64,000 bases of DNA from Deinococcales bacterium (lineage in GTDB: Bacteria; Deinococcota; Deinococci; Deinococcales; JAAFIG01): contig JANNVX010000032.1 of the NCBI GenBank assembly GCA_031414595.1, forward strand, positions 1 through 64,000. The letters run 5' to 3'. Below are positions 37,471 through 46,511 of this stretch, piece by piece. A program made the translations under genes and the position numbers. The notes under the pieces were generated by a model that saw nothing but the letters and a program-made list of their open reading frames with translations, was not told the DNA's origin and made no database searches. How positions within the stretch are numbered: position 1 is the first letter of the stretch; every line of letters starts with the position of its first letter.

Positions 37471-38289
37471 GTGAATTTTGCCCAGACCCTACACACCCGA
37501 ATGCTCGAGAAAAACACCCGCCTTTGCTTGGGCTTAGACCCGCGGCTCGAGTTACATCAAAATAGTGTCGAAAAGGTTGAGCAGCACTGCTTAGACATTC
37601 TCGAGACTTGTGCCGACTTAGTGGCTTGCGTCAAACCAAACCTTGCTTATTACGAAGCCATGGGCATAGCGGGAATGGTGCTGCTCGAGAAAATCTGTGC
37701 TTTAGCACGGGTTATGGGCATCCCCGTTATTTTGGACGGCAAACGCGGTGATTTTCCAAGTACCGCCGAAGCCTACGCCAAGGCATGGCTAACTGGGCAA
37801 CACGCAGGCAGTGCTTTAACTATGAATCCATTTTTAGGGTTTGAAACCATCGAAACTTTTTTAAGTGCAGCAACAGAAAATTCTGGGGCAATTTTTGTGC
37901 TGGTCAAAACCAGTAACCCCGGTTCTCGAGACCTTCAAGACCTCGAGACCAAAAACGGCACGGTTGCAGAGGTGATTGCAACCTATCTCGAGACTCAGAC
38001 CCAAGGTGTTTACGGCACAGTTGGGGCAGTGGTTGGGGCAACCCATGCAAGGCAACTTGAGGCTTGGCGTAAGCTGATGCCGAATGTTTTGTTGTTATTG
38101 CCCGGGCTTGGCGCTCAGGGGGCAAAGGCTACGGATTTGGCGGCGGCATTTGACAAAAGTGGTTTGGGAGCGGTTGCCAGTGCCTCGAGAGCGATTGAGT
38201 ATGCAAGTATGGGTTCGGATTTTGCTGTGGCTGCTCGAGATGCGGCGTTGGACTTACGGGATGAACTGAATCAAGCCCTTGGAAAATAA
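37471..38289 (+). CDS. pyrF: Orotidine-5'-phosphate decarboxylase
   Basis: LGLDP, ILDGKRGD, KTSNPGS, GAVVGAT, PGLGAQG. Confidence 0.93.
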   Translation: MNFAQTLHTRMLEKNTRLCLGLDPRLELHQNSVEKVEQHCLDILETCADLVACVKPNLAYYEAMGIAGMVLLEKICALARVMGIPVILDGKRGDFPSTAEAYAKAWLTGQHAGSALTMNPFLGFETIETFLSAATENSGAIFVLVKTSNPGSRDLQDLETKNGTVAEVIATYLETQTQGVYGTVGAVVGATHARQLEAWRKLMPNVLLLLPGLGAQGAKATDLAAAFDKSGLGAVASASRAIEYASMGSDFAVAARDAALDLRDELNQALGK

Positions 38290-38350
38290 GTTTCGAGAAA
38301 ACCAAAACAGGCAAATAAAAAGTCTCGAGACACGAGGTAAACTTATCCAT

Positions 38351-38863
38351 ATGTACACGATTAACGACCCAGTATTTGGAAAACTTGAACGACACGGACA
38401 AACTTGGCGCGGAAGCTACTGGTTTGAAGCATTACAGCGTGATATTGAGGTCAATTTATCCTATCAGGACAAGGATTCTCCAAATGAAAAAGAACAAGCT
38501 AATTTCCTAAATTTCAAAACTCAAATCGGGCTGATTTTTCCTGCTTTTGAAAAGGCTTTATTTCATTTTCTCACAGAAAATACTGAATTTTATCGTCAAC
38601 AGAACAACGGGTGGGAACAAGAAAGTGATATACCTACTCTGAAAAACGCCGCAGAAGTTTGGGAAAATCTCGAAATCATGCACATCGAAATTGACTCCGA
38701 AAACTATCAAGACATCTGTATCACCCTGATTTGTGATTTCAAATGGGAAGTAGAACACGGAATTGATATTGACTTCTACAACAATCAAATTGGTATTGCT
38801 GAAGGCGGCGCTCACTGGGACGACAAAACACACTATGATTTTGAAGGTAATCCAATCGAGTGA
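38351..38863 (+). CDS. Acidic hypothetical protein (DUF2004/DUF6985-like)
   Basis: INDPVFGKL...CDFKWEVEHGI; AT-rich relative to neighbours. Confidence 0.55.
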   Translation: MYTINDPVFGKLERHGQTWRGSYWFEALQRDIEVNLSYQDKDSPNEKEQANFLNFKTQIGLIFPAFEKALFHFLTENTEFYRQQNNGWEQESDIPTLKNAAEVWENLEIMHIEIDSENYQDICITLICDFKWEVEHGIDIDFYNNQIGIAEGGAHWDDKTHYDFEGNPIE

Positions 38864-38909
38864 TGAAGCTACGGCTTCTCGGGAAGTCAAAGCTCGAACA
38901 ATCGGGAAG

Positions 38910-39185
38910 CCCCTCTCCCGACTCGCTTAGGCTCGCTACCCTCCCCCAAACTGCGCTTCGCTGGGGGAGGGTCTGGATTTCGGGCTTTTAATTTTATTTC
39001 CGTAAGAAGTGTTTTTAGAACTATGTTTTTGGTTCTTTACCAAAAACCAAAGCAAAAAATAACCCGAACAACCCTCTCCCGCGCTTTTTGGTGACTACAA
39101 CAGACCGAGCGAAGCTCGTGGAAACGCAGGAGAAAAGTAACAAGCAGTCTAATAGGGTAACGAGCCTAGGCGAGTTGGGTGAGGG
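38910..39185. repeat. REP-like composite element with inverted CCCTCTCCC...GCTTAGGCTCG units
   Basis: Unit at 38911-38947, inverted copy at 39154-39185, same unit at 46355-46391. Confidence 0.7.
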
Positions 39186-39300
39186 TTGGGGCGCGGTACA
39201 GACAATTCATTGTGTACAACAGGTTTTTGTTATTCTACACTATAAATCCCCTTAAGTTGATGCCTATGGGTTGGTGAAAATTCTTTGAAATAACAGCGTA

Positions 39301-40815
39301 CTATTTACGGATTCTTACAAGGTCGTTCAGTACACCATCTAAGCCGTTGGTCACGGTTAGAGTTTGGACTTTTTCAATGATTCTTTCCAGTGCCTCGAGT
39401 TCTTTAAGACGCAATGCCACAGGGTTGTCTTCCATGACTTTAGCGGTGTTCAGCAAATTGCGGGTAGCGGCAGTTTCTTCGCGGCGACGAATCAAGTTGG
39501 CTTGGGCTTGTTTTTCGGCTTCAACCACTTTGGCAAGGATGGTTTTCATTTCGCCGGGCAAAATAATGTCTTTGACACCAACGCTCTCGAGTTGCATTCC
39601 TAGCCCCTCGAGTTTGGCGCGAACGATGCTGGCAATATCGCTGTCCAAGGCTGTTTTTTCCTCGAGTAGCGTATCTAAGCTCTTTGTGCCAATCACACTG
39701 CGGAGTGCAAATTGCAGTTCTTTGTACAAAAATGCCACAAAATCTGAGAGTTGGGCAAATGCCAGTAGTGGCTCGAGAACACGGTAGCCAGCCGTGAGAT
39801 TCACACGTAGCGCAACTTTATCTTTGGTCAAGATTTCCTGTCCGCCAACCTCCAAGTTTTGCAAGCGCAAATCGGTGGCGGCGACTCGCACGCTGCGTCC
39901 GACTTTCCAGAAGGCATGAACCCCAACATTCAGTGGGCGCTCGAGTTTTCCATCTAGGAACAATGCGCCTTGGTGGTACTCTGGAACAAGGGCGTATTCG
40001 ATAAAATTCTCGAGTGGTGTGCCTTTGGCATTCTTGGCGAGGGTTTGGGGGACATTCAAATCGCTGGTCTCGAGAATTTCAACTTTGGTGGCTTGGTCAA
40101 GCATTACCAAAGTATTGCTGCTTGGGGCAAAGGCACTGACAATGGCTGCACTGCGGCGGATAATCGCAACTTGCGTATCGGTCAGTTCTAGGCGGGTGAA
40201 TTGCTCGAGCCACTCTGGGTTTTTAGCCAAAATAGCTTCGGCAACGTTTTTGGCAAGTGGAGCAGCCACAGTTTGCAAGGCAGTCGCAATATCTTCAAGT
40301 CCACGCCAGTAAACTCGGCGCTCACCGCTCGGCACAAGGTCTCGCACTACGCCGCCTCGAGTCACAATTGCAAATTGCAAGGCAGCAGGGGCAACTTCGG
40401 TGAAGTATTTGGTGAGGACTGCTTTGTTACGAACTTGAGCCAGCACCGCTCCAGTCTCGAGCAGAACGCCATCCGTAATGTTCAAAGTCAGAACTTTTAG
40501 GGCAGTAAATCCTTTCCAGAACAAGGCTTGAGTATTCGGAGCGACCACATCGAGGATTTCATCACCTCGAGCAATCAAGGCGACTTCTAAAGCATTGGTT
40601 TGTACTGCTTCAAAGTGCTTGCCCACCACATCAGAACGGCGCTCGAGTAAAAAACTGGTCAGTCCATGCTCAAACCGAGTCCCTTGTGGAAAACGTTCAA
40701 CGCTGTAACCAGAGCCATAAACCGTGTTTGCGCCAGCCTCGAGAATACGAATAAAACGACCGTGACGGGTGAGAATGCCTTTTTCAATGTCTTTCATTGG
40801 AAAATTTTGAATCAT
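39301..40815 (-). CDS. Slipin family (SPFH/Band-7) protein with an expanded N-terminus
   Basis: DLR...EVGGQEILTKDKVALRVN, LY.ELQFALR, VKDIILPGEMK, RREETAATR.LLNTAKVM; GAGG RBS before ATG 40815. Confidence 0.9.
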   Translation of the reverse strand: MIQNFPMKDIEKGILTRHGRFIRILEAGANTVYGSGYSVERFPQGTRFEHGLTSFLLERRSDVVGKHFEAVQTNALEVALIARGDEILDVVAPNTQALFWKGFTALKVLTLNITDGVLLETGAVLAQVRNKAVLTKYFTEVAPAALQFAIVTRGGVVRDLVPSGERRVYWRGLEDIATALQTVAAPLAKNVAEAILAKNPEWLEQFTRLELTDTQVAIIRRSAAIVSAFAPSSNTLVMLDQATKVEILETSDLNVPQTLAKNAKGTPLENFIEYALVPEYHQGALFLDGKLERPLNVGVHAFWKVGRSVRVAATDLRLQNLEVGGQEILTKDKVALRVNLTAGYRVLEPLLAFAQLSDFVAFLYKELQFALRSVIGTKSLDTLLEEKTALDSDIASIVRAKLEGLGMQLESVGVKDIILPGEMKTILAKVVEAEKQAQANLIRRREETAATRNLLNTAKVMEDNPVALRLKELEALERIIEKVQTLTVTNGLDGVLNDLVRIRK

Positions 40816-41112
40816 AATAAACCTCTTTAAGTACAAGGCTAGAAACCTTGCCTTTCGCCTTTATCTTTGCCTGCTTTGTCTCGAGTATTTCGGGTCTCAA
40901 ATGGGCTACTTGGCGCGTGTTCGCTGGGTGGAAAGCGTCTCGAGCAAATGTTCTGCTCGAGGTGGCATTTCTGGTGGGCGAATCGGTGCTTTGTGCCGAT
41001 GCGAGACTCGAGGCTTTGGGCTTTACTTTGGGTTTCCCCTTAGTTTGGCTTCTTGCAACTCGAGACAAAACAGGTGCTGCTTGTGTTGCGTAATTTTTCC
41101 GTTTCAAGGAAA

Positions 41113-41184
41113 GTGATTTATGGGAGTCGAACCCATTACCGTCAGTTTACAAGACTGATGCTCTAACCAGTTGAGCTAAAACCT
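41113..41184 (-). ncRNA. tRNA-like RNA, Thr(UGU)-like, degenerate acceptor stem
   Basis: TAGCTCAACTGGTTAGAGC D-arm; TCAGT-CTTGTAA-ACTGA; ATGGG-TTCGACT-CCCAT; acceptor only ~5 bp; no CCA. Confidence 0.75.
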
Positions 41185-41273
41185 TGGTAAAAGATGCAGG
41201 ATTTGAACCTGCTTGCCCTTGCGGGCGCTCGTTTTTCAGACGAGTGCGTTTATCCAGTATCCGCCAATCTTTT
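41185..41273 (-). tRNA. Class II (Leu-type) tRNA body with a GAA anticodon
   Basis: AAAAGAT/ATCTTTT acceptor, A73-CCA, CTCGT-CTGAAAA-ACGAG, variable arm GCCC-GCAA-GGGC, GCAGG-TTCAAAT-CCTGC. Confidence 0.8.
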
Positions 41274-41353
41274 TTTGGTGAAAGGAATCGAACCTCTGAC
41301 CTCTCGAGTGGTTTACCCATCCCAAGCGCTCTGCCCATCTAAGCTACACCGTT
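41274..41353 (-). ncRNA. tRNA-like RNA with an elongated anticodon arm
   Basis: TAGCTTAGATGGGCAGAGC D-arm, AGAGG-TTCGATT-CCTTT T-arm, CTTGGG-A-TGG-GTAAA-CCA-CTCGAG arm, 4-bp acceptor. Confidence 0.7.
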
Positions 41354-41547
41354 TATCTTTGTGCGATATGCAGATTAAGCATGGCTTAAAAGCATCGGCG
41401 GGGCATACAGAACCCCAAACCACAGCACGAGATGTAGGAAGTGTACTCGAGCAGATGAAGTTGCACATGACTGTTTTAGCTTAGGTTTGGGGTACGCCAT
41501 TTACTTAGAATTTATCCTGAAATTAAGTGCTGCGAGCAATAGTATTG

Positions 41548-42483
41548 TTACTTTAATACTTGAATTAACAAAGCAGGGTCGTAATTTCCTCCCGAGACGA
41601 TACAAACTGTTTTACCGACTGGCTTAAAGGCTTGGCTGCGAATTGCGGCGGTGGTTAGTGCGCCCGTTGGTTCGACGGCTAATTTGGTCTCGAGAAAGAG
41701 GTGTTTCATGGCTTCATAAACAGCCTCTTCGGAAACAGTGATGATGTCGTCCACCAGCCTACTGATAATTCCAAAATTCAGCACCCCAATCCCTTGAGTT
41801 CGCACCCCGTCGCAAATGGTTCGGGTCACTAAACTGGCATCCCATGAACGGCGTTCTTTAGCGTAAAACGATTCTCTGGCATCGGCGGCGAGTTCGGGTT
41901 CTACCCCAATCACACGGGTTTTGGGCGATAAGGCTTTGATGCTGGTCGCAATTCCAGCCAATAAGCCGCCACCACCAACACAGACCAGCACGGTATCCAC
42001 ATCTTCTAAATCCGAAAGTATCTCGAGTCCGATTGTACCTTGCCCAGCAATCATTCGGGCATCATCGAATGGGGCAATATACTCGAGACCTTTTTGATCC
42101 CGAATGTCCATAGCAACTTTCATTCGTTTGTCCGAGGCATTGGGACAGCGCACAATCTCTGCGCCCCAAGCCGCCGTTCGATCTACTTTAATTTGTGGGG
42201 CGTTGTGTGGAATCACAATTGTGGCTGGAATGTCGTGCATAAAGGCAGCCGCCGCCACCCCTTGGGCATGATTTCCGCTCGAGTCTGCCACCACACCACG
42301 CGCTCGAGTTTCGGGGTCTAGGCTCGAGATGGCATTGTATGCCCCACGAAACTTAAAACTTCCAGTCACTTGCAGATTTTCGGGTTTTAACCAAATCCCG
42401 TTCTCGAGTGGTAAAAGCGGTGTGTGCCTTGCAAAACCTTTGATTCTCGAGGCTGCCATTTGCACATCTTCTAAGGTAATCAC
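41548..42483 (-). CDS. Threonine/serine ammonia-lyase family enzyme
   Basis: ENLQVTGSFKFRGA, SSGNHAQG, VGGGGL, SGGN; GTG start overlapping the upstream stop. Confidence 0.88.
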   Translation of the reverse strand: MITLEDVQMAASRIKGFARHTPLLPLENGIWLKPENLQVTGSFKFRGAYNAISSLDPETRARGVVADSSGNHAQGVAAAAFMHDIPATIVIPHNAPQIKVDRTAAWGAEIVRCPNASDKRMKVAMDIRDQKGLEYIAPFDDARMIAGQGTIGLEILSDLEDVDTVLVCVGGGGLLAGIATSIKALSPKTRVIGVEPELAADARESFYAKERRSWDASLVTRTICDGVRTQGIGVLNFGIISRLVDDIITVSEEAVYEAMKHLFLETKLAVEPTGALTTAAIRSQAFKPVGKTVCIVSGGNYDPALLIQVLK

Positions 42484-43604
42484 AGTTTGTACTCCGTGAA
42501 TGGAGCAACGTCTGGTTGACCATTGGACACCCACATCGTTCGCGTCTCGAGATTCATAATCACACCACAAATTGTGGCAACGCGGTCTTCTACGGGTTCT
42601 TCGGTGTTTGGGTAACGACAAATTCCATCTGGGTCATCGTCGCGGTCAGCTAGGAATTCCTTAAAATCCTCGAGTTTTAATGGGCGGCGCTCTTGGAGCA
42701 GTTCGGTCATGCGTTTTTGGCGGTGATAACTGTGCGGGCGGCGTTCAGAGGGCGGCTCGATGATGTTTAGGCTTTGCGGGTCTAAGAAATGATTGGTGTG
42801 CGCCATGCTGCCCTGATGACACGAAACGGCGCGAATCCCATGTGGGGCAGTTTCAAAATCAATGGCTTGGTCTGGGGCAAGTGCGACCATAAAATTGGTG
42901 CTACAGGCTTTTGTACCATCGTCTATGACGCTTTTTGCTTGCTCGAGCGAGGTCGAGCGCAGAATTTCCCAGCAGCGTGCATGGGTCGGACGGGCTTCCC
43001 GAGACCAATCGTCGTCCATACTGGTTAGCCCCGAGATGCACAAACCTAATCCAGCACTGTTCAAACCCAGTTTTGGGGCAAAAATTCCTGCTTCGGTAAA
43101 CCCAAGCGTCTCGAGTCCATCGTGGTGCTTGGTACGCAGTAATGCCCCTTTGACATTTTCAATCCAATCCCAATTCTGACCCATCGTTAATTGCCCGCTT
43201 GCGGTGGCTTCTGGCAATGCCGCAAATAATGTACAACCATCTGGACGGCGATGCTCGGGCGAAGCAGTCACCCTTGTCAAACCGTTCTTCTCGAGTCCAA
43301 CCGTACCGTACTGATAATACAGAATTTCGTAGCGAGCGTTTAAGGCGGCAATCTCAAAGAAATTACGCCCAGAACTCTGCGAAATCCCGCGCATCCCTTC
43401 AGAAAAGGCTGGCGAAAACTTCTCAAAATGCCGAGCGATCTTCGCCGCCATTGATAGGGTCTGTTCACGGGTCAGTTTGGCTTCTTTTTCAAAACGGTAA
43501 AAGTACAATTCAATATTATGCTCGATTAAATCTTTTAGTGCCTCACCGTGGGCTAAGCCCTGCTCGAATGGCGTGCCGGATAATTCCACAAGTCTAAAAG
43601 TCAT
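42480..43604 (-). CDS. C45 family Ntn-hydrolase/acyltransferase
   Basis: LNARYE, DG|CT autoprocessing site, GQNWDW, GLNSAG, HTNH. Confidence 0.88.
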   Translation of the reverse strand: MTFRLVELSGTPFEQGLAHGEALKDLIEHNIELYFYRFEKEAKLTREQTLSMAAKIARHFEKFSPAFSEGMRGISQSSGRNFFEIAALNARYEILYYQYGTVGLEKNGLTRVTASPEHRRPDGCTLFAALPEATASGQLTMGQNWDWIENVKGALLRTKHHDGLETLGFTEAGIFAPKLGLNSAGLGLCISGLTSMDDDWSREARPTHARCWEILRSTSLEQAKSVIDDGTKACSTNFMVALAPDQAIDFETAPHGIRAVSCHQGSMAHTNHFLDPQSLNIIEPPSERRPHSYHRQKRMTELLQERRPLKLEDFKEFLADRDDDPDGICRYPNTEEPVEDRVATICGVIMNLETRTMWVSNGQPDVAPFTEYKL

Positions 43605-43670
43605 GCGGTAAGCATACCTTGACTCGAGGGCAGACACATACGAGAAATGGCGCAGTAAAACCGCTAAACC

Positions 43671-43695
43671 GTAGGGGCAAGGCATGCCTTGCCCC
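43671..43695 (+). repeat. GTAG-family REP
   Basis: GTAGGGGCAAGGCATGCCTTGCCCC; related copy at 51752-51777. Confidence 0.7.
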
Positions 43696-43717
43696 GCAAG
43701 AGAAGCGTTTTATGTCC

Positions 43718-43794
43718 TCTAGCGCCCATGCAAAGCTGGTTCTAGCGCCCATGCAAAACTGGTTCTAGCGCCCATGCAAAACTGGCTCTAGCGC
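43718..43794. repeat. 23-bp tandem repeat (3+ copies) at the csaB 3' end
   Basis: TCTAGCGCCCATGCAAAACTGGT at 43718, 43741 and 43764, partial at 43787. Confidence 0.92.
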
Positions 43795-44737
43795 GGGCTT
43801 TCATGGCTTCTACAGCTTCCCAATTCGGTTGGTCATTTCTTAGTATCGCTGCCTCGAGAACGCCAATATCAAAGCTGGTAGGTAACTCGAGGGCGCTGAC
43901 ATCACGGCAAAAGCCTTGAACTTTGGGGTCATAAGAGATTCCATAAAAAGGAACTCGAGCCGCCGCCGCCAGAATCACTGCATGAAGGCGCACACCAATG
44001 ACTGCACCACTGCTTGCAATCAGTTCTAATGCCCGAGCAGGATTAGCGGTGTTTTCGATGCGGGTATTGGGGATTCCTTCAAAGGCTTTCAGTTCATCGT
44101 CATCCCAACCGGGTTGGAAACCAAGCGCCACAATATTTTTACCTTGTTGTACCAATTTTTTAGCGAGTTCGACGAGGCAATCAGTGGCAGCCGCTTGTCC
44201 TTCACGTGGGGCAATCAGGATTTGATTTGGGTTTTGGGTCACACCAACTGGTTTTTCCAAGAGTAGCGCAGGGTCGCCGCCAAGTTGCACCGCCACGCCC
44301 AATTTCTCGAGCAGTGCAAAACTGCCAGTGTCACGGACAATACTGGTTACGCCACGCAAGGACGCGGCTACTCGAGCCTGCCCCTGAGTGGACAATGGTC
44401 CGATGCTTTGGTTAAACACCGCCACCCGCTTGCCGAGCATTTTTGCCGAACCAATAATGCCAAGGTAATAAGTCAGGGTGCGGCTCGAGGTTTTGTCTTG
44501 CAGTAAGCCACCGCCACCAGACAAGACCACATCGGCGCTGAAGATAGCCAGTGGTGTTTGTATTGGACTCATGCGTTTGACTGACTTAACACCGTATAAA
44601 GCAGTTGTTTCGGCTGGGTTGGCACTCAGCACCGTGACTGTATGCCCAAGCCGAGTTAATTCTCTGGTGATGGCAAGGCAAATGGCTTCATCGCCAGTGT
44701 TCTTAAAACCGTAATAACCACAAAGTAAAATCTTCAT
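43742..44737 (-). CDS. csaB: Polysaccharide pyruvyl transferase
   Basis: GYYGFKNTGDEA, SGGGGLLQDKTS, QSIGP, RLHA, ISYDPKV. Confidence 0.9.
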   Translation of the reverse strand: MKILLCGYYGFKNTGDEAICLAITRELTRLGHTVTVLSANPAETTALYGVKSVKRMSPIQTPLAIFSADVVLSGGGGLLQDKTSSRTLTYYLGIIGSAKMLGKRVAVFNQSIGPLSTQGQARVAASLRGVTSIVRDTGSFALLEKLGVAVQLGGDPALLLEKPVGVTQNPNQILIAPREGQAAATDCLVELAKKLVQQGKNIVALGFQPGWDDDELKAFEGIPNTRIENTANPARALELIASSGAVIGVRLHAVILAAAARVPFYGISYDPKVQGFCRDVSALELPTSFDIGVLEAAILRNDQPNWEAVEAMKARARASFAWALEPVLHGR

Positions 44738-46215
44738 TTTGTTTTTTTCTTACGACGGCGTTTATGCTTTTTGTCAAAGTTGGCTGGAACTGGGACAGCA
44801 TTGGGTTTTTCTCGAGGTGGCGTGTTGTGATCAAAAACAGGCAAAAGCGCTAACCAAGGCTGGGCGGGTTTAGCCAGTACCTCAAGAATTTGTGTGCCGT
44901 AGCGCTCGAGTTTTTTGACCCCGATGCCTTTTATCTGGCTGCATTCTTCTAAGTTGCGCGGGGTTTCTTGGGCTAATTCAGCAAGAATAGCGTTACTTAA
45001 AACCAAAAAGCGGCTGATGCCCTCAGTGTTGGCGGTTGTGTCGCGCCATGTCCGAAGCTGAAGAAAGCGGTCTAAAGTGGGGTTGTCCATGCCAATGCTC
45101 ACATCGTCTAGGGCTGGTAATGGTGGATGGGCTGCGCCTTCGGGTTCGTCTAACTCGAGTGGTTCGGGTTCGGGGGTGACTTCAAAAGCGGCATCTAATG
45201 CCGGCTCGAGAACCCGCCAAGTGTCAAGGACATCTTCTAAGCCAAGGCTTAAACGCACCAAGCAATCGGATAAACCTAAACCAAGTGGCTCGAGGGCGCG
45301 GTGACTGGTGCGGTTGGGAATACAAACGGTGTTTTCGGCGCTGGCAATCCAGTCGAGCGTTTCAAAGTGCCGTAATTTATCTACAAAGGCTTTGGCGGCT
45401 TCGGGAACAGCAAATTCAAGAGCAATCAGCGAACCATTCATCTCGCGTCCGTCACGGGTTAAGTTGGTTTCAGAACTCGGATAGGTTATACCGATAATCG
45501 CGGCATGGCTTTCGATTTTGGGTAAAACCGTGAGTGCCGAAGCCGTTTGGCGCTCGAGACGTACCGAGAGGGTTTTTAAGCCGCGTAAGGCACTGCCACA
45601 AACTTGGGCGTTGGGTCTTGCGCCCACAGTGTCTCGGTGTCCGCGAAGGCGCTCTAGGAGGTCTTCGGAGCGCCCCATGATTGCCCCAAATGCCAAGGTG
45701 CTGTCACCTGTCAGTGACGAGGCACTGGTGTAAATCACGGCATCTATGGCGAACTCGAGCGGGCGACAGGCAAACATCGTCAGAACCGAATTGTCCACCA
45801 CCAATAACGCACCTGCCTGATGGACTTTTGAAGCCAGTTTACTCAAATCGAACGCCGTTAAAGTTGCCGAAGTTGGATTTTCAACAAAGACCAGACTTGT
45901 GCCGTCAAATGAAACTTCGGGGCTGGTCAGGTCGTTGAATTCAATTTCAATATCAAATTCGGACAAAGCACTAAACGCCCGTACCGCAAATCCAGAGGAC
46001 TCCGAGTGCAACATCACTTTGTCATTTGGGCGCAACAAGCGCCCCAAGGCATCCAAAGCGGCTCTTCCTGAAGAAAATGCCACACTCCACGCGCCGCGAC
46101 CAGACAAACCACTGCCCTCGAGTACCCCAAGGCGAGCTTCTAACTGCGCCAATGGGTTCGGAAGGTGATTTTCGGCGCGGACAGCCAGACTATCAAAACG
46201 CAAACCGTCGTCCAT
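44734..46215 (-). CDS. Degenerate Cys/Met metabolism PLP-enzyme homolog fused to an HRDC domain
   Basis: FSSG.AA, VENPT, VVDNS, LRGLKTL, VRLSLGLED; C-terminal LRTWR...A...G...F.VLSN..L.ELA...P.......IKGIG.KKLERYG. Confidence 0.8.
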   Translation of the reverse strand: MDDGLRFDSLAVRAENHLPNPLAQLEARLGVLEGSGLSGRGAWSVAFSSGRAALDALGRLLRPNDKVMLHSESSGFAVRAFSALSEFDIEIEFNDLTSPEVSFDGTSLVFVENPTSATLTAFDLSKLASKVHQAGALLVVDNSVLTMFACRPLEFAIDAVIYTSASSLTGDSTLAFGAIMGRSEDLLERLRGHRDTVGARPNAQVCGSALRGLKTLSVRLERQTASALTVLPKIESHAAIIGITYPSSETNLTRDGREMNGSLIALEFAVPEAAKAFVDKLRHFETLDWIASAENTVCIPNRTSHRALEPLGLGLSDCLVRLSLGLEDVLDTWRVLEPALDAAFEVTPEPEPLELDEPEGAAHPPLPALDDVSIGMDNPTLDRFLQLRTWRDTTANTEGISRFLVLSNAILAELAQETPRNLEECSQIKGIGVKKLERYGTQILEVLAKPAQPWLALLPVFDHNTPPREKPNAVPVPANFDKKHKRRRKKKTK

Positions 46216-46268
46216 GCTTTTTCATCATAACCCGTTTTGGGGGGGCGTAAGTCAAGGGGGCAAAAACA

Positions 46269-46487
46269 GGGTGCATCTCAAGATTGGGGTTGCCTATAAA
46301 TTAGCTCTCTGACAGCCTCCTAAAAGTAAATCGAATCATTATCCGCTCCTAAAGCCCTCTCCCAACTCGCTTAGGCTCGTTACCCTCTCCCGCGTGCGGG
46401 AGAGGGTCGTTGCGAGTTCACGAGCAACGGGGAGAGGGTTTTAGGTCTTCATTCTGTGACAAAAACCCCCAATTCTGAGATGCACCC
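46269..46487. mobile_element. MITE-like element with GGGTGCATCTCA terminal inverted repeats and internal REP hairpins
   Basis: GGGTGCATCTCAAGATTGGGG ... CCCCAATTCTGAGATGCACCC; AAAAACA on both flanks. Confidence 0.7.
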
Positions 46488-46511
46488 CGAAAAACACGGC
46501 ATAATAGGCGC

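Noticed and set aside
40784-41107. 107-aa basic ORF between the tRNA-like array and the slipin
   Set aside because: Weak TTG start, low-complexity Lys-rich sequence, no recognisable family; cannot be supported, though not excluded
43718-43794. CRISPR array (also considered for 61793-61877)
   Set aside because: Repeats are directly tandem with no unique spacers, overlap coding ends, and there are no cas genes
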